DNA of 64,000 nucleotides from assembly GCA_035997045.1 (NCBI GenBank), contig DASYIY010000071.1, positions 6,358-70,357 of the forward strand, written 5' to 3'. Position 1 is the first letter of the stretch, and each line of letters begins with the position of its first letter. Below are positions 27,167 through 36,374 of this stretch, in pieces. A program made the position numbers and the translations under genes. Under the pieces are notes generated by a model. It was given only the letters and a program-made list of their open reading frames with translations, was not told the origin of the DNA and did not search any database. The DNA is from Solirubrobacterales bacterium (GTDB lineage: Bacteria > Actinomycetota > Thermoleophilia > Solirubrobacterales > 70-9).

Positions 27167-28056
27167 ACCCGGGCCCTGCCGATCTCTCCGCCCAGTAGGC
27201 CGTGTGGCCTGAAGATCAGGATCAGCACCGGGAAGGTGAAGACGATCGCTTCGCGAAACGGCGCCAGCCCGTCCGGGAGGTAGACCCCCAGCAGGGACGA
27301 GAGGGCACCCAGCAAGAGGCCTCCAACCACGGCACCGAACATCCTGCCGAAGCCGCCGATCACCACGGCAACGAATCCGACCAGAACCGGCGTGAGGCCC
27401 ATCGTCGGCGAGACCTGGCCGGTCTGCATCACGATCAGCACGCCGACTGCGGCGGCGAGCGCTCCGCTGATCGCGAAGGCGATCGCGATCACCCGGTCGG
27501 CTCGCACGCCGAGCAGGCGGGCCATGTCGAAGTTCTCCGCCGCCGCTCGCATCGCGAGGCCGGTGCGGGTGCGGTAGAGCAGCCAGCCGAGACCGCCGAG
27601 GACGATCGCCGTCAGCCCGAGCGTGACGAACTCCAGGTTTGGCACCGAGATGCTGCCGATGCTGGTCGATTCGCCGATCGCGGCCGGCGTCTCGACCGAT
27701 TGCGCCCTGGTGCCGACCGTCACCGCTACGACGTTCTGCAGAATCGCCGCGACCGCCAGCGAGGTGACCAGCTGTGCCGAGAGATCGGCGTTACGTACTG
27801 GCCGGAAGGCCACGCGCTCGGCGATCAGCGCGATCGCCACCCCGGCCAGCAGGGCGCACGCCACCGCCGTCGCGAAGGGCAGTCCGGCGAAGACGAAGAG
27901 AGCGTAGGCGGCGAGCATGATGAACTCGCCGTGGGCGAAGTTCATCATCCCCATCACCGTGTAGACGAGGGTGATGCCGAGGGCGATCAGCGCGTAGAGG
28001 CTGCCAAGGGCGAGGCCATCGATCAGGTTCTGACCCAGCTCGGTCATCGCGAGCAA
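27163..28056 (-). CDS. Liv-type ABC transporter permease (LivH-like)
   Basis: 297-aa polytopic protein (LINGLALGSLYALIALGITLVY...). ATGA overlap with the downstream gene. Confidence 0.85.
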   Translation of the reverse strand: MLAMTELGQNLIDGLALGSLYALIALGITLVYTVMGMMNFAHGEFIMLAAYALFVFAGLPFATAVACALLAGVAIALIAERVAFRPVRNADLSAQLVTSLAVAAILQNVVAVTVGTRAQSVETPAAIGESTSIGSISVPNLEFVTLGLTAIVLGGLGWLLYRTRTGLAMRAAAENFDMARLLGVRADRVIAIAFAISGALAAAVGVLIVMQTGQVSPTMGLTPVLVGFVAVVIGGFGRMFGAVVGGLLLGALSSLLGVYLPDGLAPFREAIVFTFPVLILIFRPHGLLGGEIGRARV

Positions 28057-28089
28057 TTGATCTTTCCATAGCGCTTGGAAAAGCCTGAG

Positions 28090-28890
28090 CTAGCTGAGCT
28101 CGAAGGACAGCTGAGCGCTGTCGGCACGGTAGATAAGGCGGGCAAACTCGAGCGGACGCTCGTGCGTCGACCCCCGCGCTCGGCCAAACTGGATGAAGCG
28201 CCCCATCAGGGCCGGCTCGCCGGCCGTGGCGCCGACCTGGGAAGACCCCCACTCGCCGAAGAAGGTGTGCTCGACCGAGACGGTGGCGCGGGTGAGGTGG
28301 AGCCCGCCGGGCATCGGTAGCTTCGCGCCGGTGGCCAGGGCCCGGGCGGTGGGAAGGAACCAGGGCACGTGCGCGACCGTGGAGTAGGAGTCGAGGAGGC
28401 AGACCGAGGGCTCGTCGACGTCGACTACCGCGGTCACGTGCGCGACCGGGGTGTCTTGCTCCTCGATCGCCAGGAAGTGCGAAACCGTGGGATCGGGCAA
28501 GAGTTCGCGCGCGCTGCGAACGGCGATCGGTCGATCGTCATGACGCTCCAGCCATAGCCTGACCAGCCCGGCCACCTCGACTTCGCGCCGCGGTGGGGCG
28601 ACGAAGGCGCCCGATCCCTTGATGCGAAAAATGGCCCCATCGCCGACGAGGAGATCGAGCGCCGGCCGGATCACCGCACGTGAGACGCCGAACTCTTCTT
28701 CGATCTCGCGCTCGGAGGCAAAGCGAGCGCCGGACTCCCAGCCCCCAGCCTCCAGCATCACCTTTATCGCCGCCGCGAGCTGGAAGTAGAGCGGTACGTC
28801 GCTGTTGCGATCAAGCCCACGGCTGCCGGCGAGGGAGATATCCGAGGACTGTTTGGGCCGGCCCCTTACCGGTTGGGTGGGCTTGGCCAT
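28090..28890 (-). CDS. GntR-family transcriptional regulator with UTRA effector domain (HutC subfamily-like)
   Basis: SEREIEEEFGVSRAVIRPALDLLVGDGAIFRIKGSGAFV winged HTH, followed by a domain of about 150 aa. Confidence 0.8.
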   Translation of the reverse strand: MAKPTQPVRGRPKQSSDISLAGSRGLDRNSDVPLYFQLAAAIKVMLEAGGWESGARFASEREIEEEFGVSRAVIRPALDLLVGDGAIFRIKGSGAFVAPPRREVEVAGLVRLWLERHDDRPIAVRSARELLPDPTVSHFLAIEEQDTPVAHVTAVVDVDEPSVCLLDSYSTVAHVPWFLPTARALATGAKLPMPGGLHLTRATVSVEHTFFGEWGSSQVGATAGEPALMGRFIQFGRARGSTHERPLEFARLIYRADSAQLSFELS

Positions 28891-29039
28891 TTGAACGCTA
28901 AGGATACCTTTTGCATTTGAGGGAGCGCCATATCTGAATTAATCGCCGCCGCTGCAGGCATAAACGCCGGCCAGGCGGGTACAGCCATCTGAACCGCTCA
29001 TGACAGTAATAGAGCTACCATGACAACAAAGGCAAGCAG

Positions 29040-29876
29040 ATGGCTCAATTGACGATTCCAAGTGTCGTTCTCCACGACGACATCGAAATACCCCAGCTGG
29101 GGTTCGGGGTCTTCCAGGTCCCCCCCGAGGGCGTTCAGAGCGCCGTCGAGCAGGCGCTGGAGGCCGGCTATCGCCACATCGATACGGCTGCTGCTTACCG
29201 CAACGAGCCTGGGGTCGGCGCGGCGCTCGTCGCCTCGGGCTTGCCCCGCGAGGACGTCTTCGTCACCACAAAGCTCTGGAATACCGAGCAGGGTCACGAT
29301 TCGACCCTGGCCGCTTTCGAGGCGAGCCTCGAGCGGCTTGGGCTCGACCACGTCGACCTCTACCTGATCCACTGGCCCGTTCCGAGCGGGAATCGCTTCA
29401 TCGATACGTGGCGAGCATTCGAGCGCATCTATGAGGAGGAGGCCGCCCGCGCGATCGGTGTCTCCAACTTCCGCGTCGAGGACCTCGAACGGCTGATGGC
29501 GGAGACCGACACCCGGCCGACGGTAAATCAGATCGAGCTGCACCCGCGCTTCCAGCAGGCGAAGCTGCGCACCTTCCACGCCGCACACAAGATCGCCACC
29601 GAGGCCTGGAGTCCGCTGGCTCAGGGCGCCCTGCTCGATGACGCGACGATCGCTGGGATCGCTGAGAACTACGGCAAGACCCCGGCTCAGGCGATCCTGC
29701 GCTGGCACCTGCAACTGGGCAACGTCGTCATTCCCAAGTCGGTGACGCCGGAACGGATCCGCGAGAACATCGAGATCTTCGACTTCGAGCTGAGCGACGA
29801 GGAGATGGCCGAATTCGCGAGACTCGACAGCGGTGAGCGCATCGGCCCAGACCCGGAGACGTTCGTCGCGCCGTAG
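29040..29876 (+). CDS. Aldo/keto reductase (2,5-diketo-D-gluconate reductase-like)
   Basis: GFGVFQVP, GYRHIDTAAAYRNE, LWNT, DLYLIHWP, IPKSVTPERIRENI. Confidence 0.9.
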   Translation: MAQLTIPSVVLHDDIEIPQLGFGVFQVPPEGVQSAVEQALEAGYRHIDTAAAYRNEPGVGAALVASGLPREDVFVTTKLWNTEQGHDSTLAAFEASLERLGLDHVDLYLIHWPVPSGNRFIDTWRAFERIYEEEAARAIGVSNFRVEDLERLMAETDTRPTVNQIELHPRFQQAKLRTFHAAHKIATEAWSPLAQGALLDDATIAGIAENYGKTPAQAILRWHLQLGNVVIPKSVTPERIRENIEIFDFELSDEEMAEFARLDSGERIGPDPETFVAP

Positions 29877-30534
29877 CTCGCTGCTCAACGCGGTCGCCGC
29901 GACCGCGTTCCTGATCGGGGGATCGCTGTTCGCCATCGGCGCGGCCCTGGCGCAGTCCGGCGTATCGACGACCGCCTGCGCGTCGGTCTACCTGGTCGGC
30001 GGCGTCTTCTTCAGCACCGGTGGCTACAGCTCGGTCCTGCAGGTGGTCAACGAGCCCAGTGACCCGGACGCCGAGCCGCCTCGCTGGCGCTGGTGGTCAC
30101 GCGAACCGAGTCGCCTGCAGTGGCTGAGCGCCGTCGTCCTCTTCGCCGGCACCCTGATCTTCGCGATCAATCTGGTCGACTCGTTCATTGCCGAACTCAG
30201 CCCGACCGCCGAGGATCGCCTGGTCTGGTCGCCGGACCTGGTCGGCTGTTCGCTCTTCCTCATCTCCGGCCATCTGGCCCTGGTCGAGATCGGCGGCGGC
30301 GGCCGCTTCTGGCGCCATCGCGACCTCGGCTGGTGGATCGTCGGCGTCAACCAGATCGGCTCGGTCCTCTTCATGGTCTCCGCCGTCGCCTCATTCGTGG
30401 AGCCCGCGAGCGCCGAAGCGGTCAATATCGGCGTGGCGAACTGGGGTACGCTGACCGGCGCCCTCTGCTTCGCCGTCGCCGGGCTGATGCAGGAGTTCGA
30501 GCACCCGCTCGGCCCGCGCCGGCGCCGCGCTTAA
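29833..30534 (+). CDS. Hypothetical integral membrane protein (internally duplicated, YrhK-like?)
   Basis: Host-like codon usage and several hydrophobic helices. The GTG start overlaps the AKR gene by 44 nt and is uncertain. Confidence 0.5.
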   Translation: MSASAQTRRRSSRRSSLLNAVAATAFLIGGSLFAIGAALAQSGVSTTACASVYLVGGVFFSTGGYSSVLQVVNEPSDPDAEPPRWRWWSREPSRLQWLSAVVLFAGTLIFAINLVDSFIAELSPTAEDRLVWSPDLVGCSLFLISGHLALVEIGGGGRFWRHRDLGWWIVGVNQIGSVLFMVSAVASFVEPASAEAVNIGVANWGTLTGALCFAVAGLMQEFEHPLGPRRRRA

Positions 30535-31724
30535 GCCTCGGCGGTCTGGGGGCGGCGCACCTCGTGCCGACCCTCGCCGTAGAGGCGCGTCTCGTAGGCG
30601 ATCATCGCCCAGATCAGCAGGTTGGCGATCGCGATCGGGACCAAGGCGGGTACCTCCGTCGCAACCGGGACCAGGGCCAGCAGGACGATTCCGAGCAAGA
30701 GGCGCTGCCGGTTGACCGTGTGGACGTGGCGGTAGCGAAAGGCGACGTGGCCGAACAGGTAGACGGCGAGGCCGCCGAACAGGGCAAAGGCCGGCACGGC
30801 GTGCAGGTGATCGCCGGTATGGCCGATCGTCGTCTTCAGGCCGAGGGCGACGAGGACAATCCCGGCCACCATCACCAGGTGCATGTAGGAGTAAGAGTCG
30901 CGAGCCATCTCGTTCTGCACCTTGCCGACCTCGGCCTCGGCGAGCCGGCGGCCGGCGACGATCGCGACGATGTCGAAGTAGATCCACCACATCGCCGCCG
31001 TCAGCGCGACGCCGAGGACGGCCGCGGTCCCGATGCTGAGCGTGAGGGAGTGGGAGGCGCCGACGCCGATCGCGACGATCGACTCGCCGAGGGCGATGAT
31101 CACGATCAGCCCGTGGCGCTCGGCGAAATGCCCGGGGACCAGTTTCCAGCCCTCGGAGCCGAAGAAGTAGGGCCCGGCCATGTCGAGGAAGAGGGCGAGC
31201 GCCCAGAGCGCGCCCTGGGCGAGGCCGTCGAAAAGAGACGCCGTGGCCAGCAGGACAACGGCAACCGCCGTGCTCGCGGCCAGACCCAGGACCGAGTGGC
31301 GCAGCGCGTCGTCCTCGGGGCTGGCGAGCATGAACAGGACGATTTGGGCTGAGCGGACCACCCCGTAGATCAGTGCGAAGGCCAGCGCCAAGCCGCCGAA
31401 CGCTTCCGGCACGCAGAGCGAGACCAGCAGCAGCGCCGCCATCGCCCCGAACATGACCAGCCGCACCGCGCCCTCCTCGGGGTCGATCACGCTGGTCAGC
31501 CAGGAGTAGCCGGTCCAGGCCCACCACAGCATTCCCAGTACCAGCAGGCCCTGCGCCATCCCCGACCAGGTCGGGTGGTGCGACATCAGCGCCGTGCACT
31601 GGGTGATCGCCAGCACGAAGACGAGGTCGAAGAAGAGCTCCAGCGGCGTCACCCGCTCGCCTTCGCGCAGGGTCGTGCCGAGCCGATTCCCTCCTGTTTC
31701 GTCGCCGGCGGCCATCGCCGCCAT
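30531..31724 (-). CDS. Low-temperature-requirement A (LtrA)-family membrane protein
   Basis: VTPLELFFDLVFVLAITQ N-terminal signature, polytopic. Confidence 0.75.
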   Translation of the reverse strand: MAAMAAGDETGGNRLGTTLREGERVTPLELFFDLVFVLAITQCTALMSHHPTWSGMAQGLLVLGMLWWAWTGYSWLTSVIDPEEGAVRLVMFGAMAALLLVSLCVPEAFGGLALAFALIYGVVRSAQIVLFMLASPEDDALRHSVLGLAASTAVAVVLLATASLFDGLAQGALWALALFLDMAGPYFFGSEGWKLVPGHFAERHGLIVIIALGESIVAIGVGASHSLTLSIGTAAVLGVALTAAMWWIYFDIVAIVAGRRLAEAEVGKVQNEMARDSYSYMHLVMVAGIVLVALGLKTTIGHTGDHLHAVPAFALFGGLAVYLFGHVAFRYRHVHTVNRQRLLLGIVLLALVPVATEVPALVPIAIANLLIWAMIAYETRLYGEGRHEVRRPQTAEA

Positions 31725-31728
31725 CTTC

Positions 31729-33300
31729 TCAAGCAGTGACTGCGGGCTTGGTGTCTTCGGCGTTGTAGCGCTCTAGCAGCGCCTCCTCCTCGTCCCGCTT
31801 GGGGAAGAAGAAGAAGACGAGGGCGGCGCCGAGCAGGACGGCGGCGATGCCGGCGCTGTAGGCCCAGGCGTCACCCTGCAGGAAGGAGACCTTGGCGGCT
31901 TCGATGATCTGTTCGCTGTGGCGCGGGTACTGCGAGGCGAGGTCGGCGGCGCTGGAGAAGGACTTGGTCAGCTCGCCTTCGATGTTCTCGGTGACCTTGG
32001 CCGATTCTCCGGAGGAGGCGATCGCGGCGCTGGCGGCCGCTGCGTAACCGGCGGTGAGCAGGGCACCGAAGATCGACTGCATAATCGCGCCGCCGAGGTC
32101 GCGCTGCAGGTCGGCGGTTCCCGAGGCCATGCCGGCGCGGGTGACCGGCACCGAGCCGGTCAGCGAGTGCGAAGCTGGGGTACCGGCAAAGCCGACGCCG
32201 ATCCCGATGAAGGCGTAGCCGAGGCCCACCTTCCAGTATTCGATGTTGTCCTTCCAGAGCAGCAGCATCGTGAGGAAGCCGAGCAGGCAGAAGACGTAGC
32301 CGATCAGCAGGGTGAAGCGGGCGCCGCGCGCCTCGACCAGCTTCGCCGAGCGCGGCGCGACGATCACCATCAGCACCGCCGCCGGCAGGATCGCCAGGCC
32401 GGAGTCGAGGGTCGAGTAGTCGAGCACGTTCTGCAGGAACTGCTGGCCGATGAACATCGCCCCCATCAGCGAGCCGAAGACAATGATCCCGGCGCAGGCC
32501 GCGACCCAGAAGATCCGCCTCGCCGCAACGTCGAGGTCATAGAGCGGCGAGCGCGCCCGCCGCTGGCGGATCACGAAGGCCGCGGTCGCGGCGATCGCCA
32601 CGATGCCGAGCCCGATCGCCAGCGCTCCCTTGCCGGGGACCGGCGCCAGGTTGATCCCCAGCACGAGCGCTGCGATCAGCAGGATCGAGAGGACGCCGCC
32701 GAGGTTGTCGACCGGCTCGGTTGCCTCGTTGACGTGGGCGGGGACGTAGCGCCAGGCCATGAAGAGGGCGAGGGCCGCCAGCGGCAGAGTGATGAGGAAG
32801 ACCGAGCCCCAGTCGAACTGCTCGAGCAGGGCCCCGGAGAGCAGTGGCCCGAGCGAGGCGATCGCGCCGCCGATCGCCGACCAGAGCGCGATCGAGCGGG
32901 TCCGCGCCGCGCCCGACCACAGCGCCGTGATCAGGGCCAGGGTGGTGGGGAAGGCCATGCCCGCGGCGACGCCGCCGAGCAGCCGGGCGAGGAAGAGGAC
33001 GCCGTCGGAGGGAGCAAAGCCGGCGAGCAGCGAGGCGGGGATCGAGAGCCCCATGCCGAGCAGCAGCATCATCTTGCGCCCGTAGCGGTCGCCGAGCGCG
33101 CCCAGGTAGAGGACCGAGGTCGCCAGGCCCAGCGAGTAGCCGACGGCGATCAGATTGAGCGTCGTCTGGCCGGAGCCGAAGGCCTTGCCGATGTCGGGCA
33201 GGGCGACGTTGGCAACGGCCAGGTTGAGGTTGGCGACCGCCGCGACCAGGATCAGCGCCGCGAGGACGAGACCGGCGCGCTTGGGGCTGCTCGACTCCAT
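31729..33300 (-). CDS. MFS transporter, DHA2 (EmrB/QacA-like)
   Basis: 523 aa. NLNLAVANVALPDIGKAFGSGQTTLNLIAVGYSLGLATSVLYLGALGDRYGRK. Confidence 0.8.
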   Translation of the reverse strand: MESSSPKRAGLVLAALILVAAVANLNLAVANVALPDIGKAFGSGQTTLNLIAVGYSLGLATSVLYLGALGDRYGRKMMLLLGMGLSIPASLLAGFAPSDGVLFLARLLGGVAAGMAFPTTLALITALWSGAARTRSIALWSAIGGAIASLGPLLSGALLEQFDWGSVFLITLPLAALALFMAWRYVPAHVNEATEPVDNLGGVLSILLIAALVLGINLAPVPGKGALAIGLGIVAIAATAAFVIRQRRARSPLYDLDVAARRIFWVAACAGIIVFGSLMGAMFIGQQFLQNVLDYSTLDSGLAILPAAVLMVIVAPRSAKLVEARGARFTLLIGYVFCLLGFLTMLLLWKDNIEYWKVGLGYAFIGIGVGFAGTPASHSLTGSVPVTRAGMASGTADLQRDLGGAIMQSIFGALLTAGYAAAASAAIASSGESAKVTENIEGELTKSFSSAADLASQYPRHSEQIIEAAKVSFLQGDAWAYSAGIAAVLLGAALVFFFFPKRDEEEALLERYNAEDTKPAVTA

Positions 33301-33372
33301 GCAGAGCCCAACCTATCCCAGCATGACCGCGGTCACGCGGCGCGGCGGCGGCGCCTGAGAGGATTCGCCTCG

Positions 33373-34377
33373 ATGGCGGACGACCGCAAGCGGCCCGAGG
33401 CTCCTCGCGCCGAGAAGGTGTTGCCGGGAATCTGGAGGCTGAGGCTGGCGCTACCCTGGCCCGGGGTCCCACACGGCAACGCCTGGGCGCTCGCCGCCGA
33501 CGGCGGCATCGTCCTCTTCGATACCGGCATCGGTGGCAAGGGGCGGCTGCGCCAGTTCGACCTCGCCCTCGCCCAGGCCGGCTTCGACCTCGGCGACGTG
33601 AAGCTGCTCGTCTGCACCCACTCCCACACCGATCACTACGGGCTGGCTGCGCCGATCGTCGAGAACGCCGGCTGCGAGCTCTGGATGCATCCGAAGTGGG
33701 AGCACGTGCGCCTGCTCGCCGACGACCCGGCAGCGGCGCTCGAGCAGCGGCTCGAGGTGGCGCGCCAGAGCGGCGTTCCGGTCGCGGGGCTCGAACGCTA
33801 CCGCGAGTCCCGCAGCGAGGACGACGACAACGGGATCGAGGCGATCGTCGAGCCCGACCGCGACCTGCTGCCGGGGGTCGAGGTCGAGACCGACCTTGGT
33901 ACCTGGCAGGTCCACGAGACCCCGGGGCACGCCCCTTCGCACGTCGTCCTGCACCAGCCCGAGAGCAAACTGATGATCTCCGGCGATCACCTGCTCGGCC
34001 GCACCGTGCTCTTCTTCGATCACGGCCACAGTCCCGACCCGGTCGGCGAATTTCTCGCCAGCCTCGACGAGGTCGAGCCGCTTGACGTCAACCTCTGCCT
34101 GCCCGGTCACGGGCGGCCCTTCCGCGACCCCGAGGCCAAGATCGCCGAGGCGCGGCGCCAGGTGGGCGAGCTGCTGGGCAAGACCCGCGACGCGCTGGGC
34201 GAGGGAGAGAAGACCGCGTTCGAAATAGTCGCCGAGATCGTCGGCGCCGACAACGTCAACACGCCGGTCAGCGCCTGGGTTCTTCAGATCGTCCTTTCTT
34301 GTCTCGACCATCTTGTGATCGTGGACGAGGTGGTGAAGGTCGAAGGGACTGATCCTCAGAGATGGAGACTGGCGTGA
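33373..34377 (+). CDS. MBL-fold metallo-hydrolase
   Basis: CTHSHTDHYG (HxHxDH) motif. The start is set to ATG 33373; the 31918 extension is antisense to the MFS gene. Confidence 0.8.
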   Translation: MADDRKRPEAPRAEKVLPGIWRLRLALPWPGVPHGNAWALAADGGIVLFDTGIGGKGRLRQFDLALAQAGFDLGDVKLLVCTHSHTDHYGLAAPIVENAGCELWMHPKWEHVRLLADDPAAALEQRLEVARQSGVPVAGLERYRESRSEDDDNGIEAIVEPDRDLLPGVEVETDLGTWQVHETPGHAPSHVVLHQPESKLMISGDHLLGRTVLFFDHGHSPDPVGEFLASLDEVEPLDVNLCLPGHGRPFRDPEAKIAEARRQVGELLGKTRDALGEGEKTAFEIVAEIVGADNVNTPVSAWVLQIVLSCLDHLVIVDEVVKVEGTDPQRWRLA

Positions 34378-34486
34378 GGAGGACCGGGTACCCCTCCCGG
34401 CTCAACTTTTTCGGTGGAGAGGTGCGGCTGACCGAGATTGGATCGCCGAAAAAGTACAAGCCGCCGGGAGGGGCACCCGGTCCTCC
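34378..34486. repeat. Family-B hairpin-embedded MITE-like element, copy B1 (inverted relative to B2)
   Basis: 24-nt outer arms pair with one mismatch (GGAGGACCGGGTACCCCTCCCGGC ... GCCGGGAGGGGCACCCGGTCCTCC). They enclose a 60-nt core shared with the element at 50820..50934. Confidence 0.8.
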
Positions 34487-34950
34487 CTATAGCCTTCGGC
34501 GCCGTGGCTAGCTTTACTTTCACGCGCGAGATAGCGGCACCGGCCGAGACTGTGTTCGAAGTGCTTACGGATCACGCTAAGTACTCGGAGCTGACGCCGT
34601 TGCGGAAGTCTGTGCTTGAGAGGGAAGGCGAGGACACCCCGAATGGGGTGGGGGCTATTCGGAAGCTGACCGCCGTTGGGCCGGCCCTGCGGGAGGAAGT
34701 GATCGCCTACGAGGAGCCCAGCCGGTTCTCCTACACGTTGCTCTCGGGGTTGCCGGTGCGGGATCACGTTGGGACCGTGGAGCTGACTCCGAATGGCAGT
34801 GGCACCAGGATGGTCTACGCCGTTAAGACGCAGCCGACCGTGCCCGTTGTCGGCGCCGTCGTTGTCGCCGCGGTCAAGCAGGGAGTCAAGGGCTTGATCG
34901 GCGGAGTCGTCGCCGAGTCCGAGCGTCGCGCGTCCGCAGCGGATGGCTGA
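34438..34950 (+). CDS. SRPBCC-family (polyketide cyclase/dehydrase-like) protein
   Basis: FTFTREIAAPAETVFEVLTDHAKYSEL... is typical of SRPBCC. The TTG start at 34438 lies inside repeat B1; GTG 34504 is an alternative start. Confidence 0.65.
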   Translation: MDRRKSTSRREGHPVLPIAFGAVASFTFTREIAAPAETVFEVLTDHAKYSELTPLRKSVLEREGEDTPNGVGAIRKLTAVGPALREEVIAYEEPSRFSYTLLSGLPVRDHVGTVELTPNGSGTRMVYAVKTQPTVPVVGAVVVAAVKQGVKGLIGGVVAESERRASAADG

Positions 34951-36319
34951 GGGCGGGCTCAAGGCCCGCCTCCGGCGCGACGCGAAAGAGCTGCTGCGCC
35001 GGATCAATAGGTTCTGGCACGACAAGCGCCACATCGCCGTCGGCCTGATCGTCGCCGGCGTGCTCGTACTCGCCGGCGCCGGCGTACTCGCCTACGAGTT
35101 GCTCAAGCGCCCCGCCGACGTCCACAACTCGAACGCCGCCTTCGTGCCGCAGAAGCCGCAGAAGCCGGAGGCCAAGACCGTCAACTGGCCGATGTTCGGG
35201 CTCAACCCGGCCCGCACCCGCTACCTGCCCGCGAAGGGGATCAAGCCACCGTTTCGCAAGCTCTGGCGCTACACCGAGCGCCCGCTGCTCGAGTTCCCGC
35301 CGATCTACGTCGGCGGCAAGCTCTACGCGGTCAACAACAACGGCACCGCCTTCGCCCTCGACGCGAAAACCGGCAAGGTTCTCTGGGAACGCAGCCTCGG
35401 CCGCCTCAACGCCTCCTCGCCGGCTTACTCCAAGCACCGCCTCTACATCGTCAACCTCGTTCCCGGCCACATCGTCAAGCTCGACGCGAAAACCGGCAAG
35501 GTGGTCTGGAAACACTCACTGCCGGGCCGGGCCGAGTCCTCGCCGGTGGTGATCGGCCGCACCGTCTACTTTGGCTGCGAGGACGGCAACCTCTACGCGC
35601 TGAGCACGATCAGCGGCAACGTGCGCTGGGCGACCCCCCTCGGCGGCCCGATCAAGTCGGCCCCGGCCTACTACCACGGCACCCTCTATGTCGGCGACTA
35701 CGGTGGCTACATGAACGCGGTCGATGCTAAGACCGGCAAGCTGAAGTGGCAGAGCGGCTCCCTGGGCCAGGGTTTCGGCACCTCGGGCCAGTTCTACTCG
35801 ACCCCAGCCGTCGCTTTCGGCCGCGTCTACGCCGGCAACAACGACGACCGCGTCTACAGCTTCGACATCAAGGACGGCACGCTCGCCTGGAGCTACTCGA
35901 CCGGTGGCTACGCTTACTCGGGCCCGACCGTCTCCACCACCCGCCACAGCCCGCCCACCGTTTACATCGGCTCCTTCGACGGCAACGTCTACGCGCTCGA
36001 CGCCAAGGACGGCAGCGTGCGCTGGAGTCGCTCGGCCGGCGGGCAGGTGGTCGGCTCGCTCTCGGCGATCGGCGACATCGTCTACGTCGCCGAGTTCACC
36101 CACAACAGCACCAGCGGCTTCATGATGAAGAGCGGCCGCAAGGTCTTCCACTACGGTCGCGGCACCTACTCGCCGGTGATTTCAGACGGTCACCAGATCT
36201 ACCTCAGCGGCTACTCCAGCATCACCGCGCTGCAGCCCTACAAGTTCAAACGCGGCGTGGCCCCGGCGATCGTCGCCCCGAAGGGCAAGCCGCACCCGAA
36301 GAAGAAGCAAAACAAGTGA
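34943..36319 (+). CDS. Membrane-anchored PQQ-like beta-propeller repeat protein
   Basis: N-terminal TM helix, then repeated blades (GKLYAVNNNGTAFALDAKTGKVLW, VYFGCEDGNLYALS..GNVRW, LYVGDYGGYMNAVDAKTGKLKW ...). Confidence 0.75.
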   Translation: MAEGGLKARLRRDAKELLRRINRFWHDKRHIAVGLIVAGVLVLAGAGVLAYELLKRPADVHNSNAAFVPQKPQKPEAKTVNWPMFGLNPARTRYLPAKGIKPPFRKLWRYTERPLLEFPPIYVGGKLYAVNNNGTAFALDAKTGKVLWERSLGRLNASSPAYSKHRLYIVNLVPGHIVKLDAKTGKVVWKHSLPGRAESSPVVIGRTVYFGCEDGNLYALSTISGNVRWATPLGGPIKSAPAYYHGTLYVGDYGGYMNAVDAKTGKLKWQSGSLGQGFGTSGQFYSTPAVAFGRVYAGNNDDRVYSFDIKDGTLAWSYSTGGYAYSGPTVSTTRHSPPTVYIGSFDGNVYALDAKDGSVRWSRSAGGQVVGSLSAIGDIVYVAEFTHNSTSGFMMKSGRKVFHYGRGTYSPVISDGHQIYLSGYSSITALQPYKFKRGVAPAIVAPKGKPHPKKKQNK

Positions 36320-36366
36320 ACTGCATCAAATTCCCGGCCTGGCGGCCCGGAAATTTGATGCAGTTC
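36318..36366. terminator. Bidirectional hairpin terminator between convergent genes
   Basis: GAACTGCATCAAATTCCCGGCC-tggc-GGCCCGGAAATTTGATGCAGTTC, a stem of about 21 bp with one bulge. Confidence 0.6.
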
Positions 36367-36374
36367 GCGGAGGG

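Noticed and set aside
31918-33372. N-terminal 485 codons of the 819-aa ORF 31918..34377
   Set aside because: They are antisense to the DHA2 MFS gene. Only the segment from ATG 33373 onward shows MBL-fold motifs.
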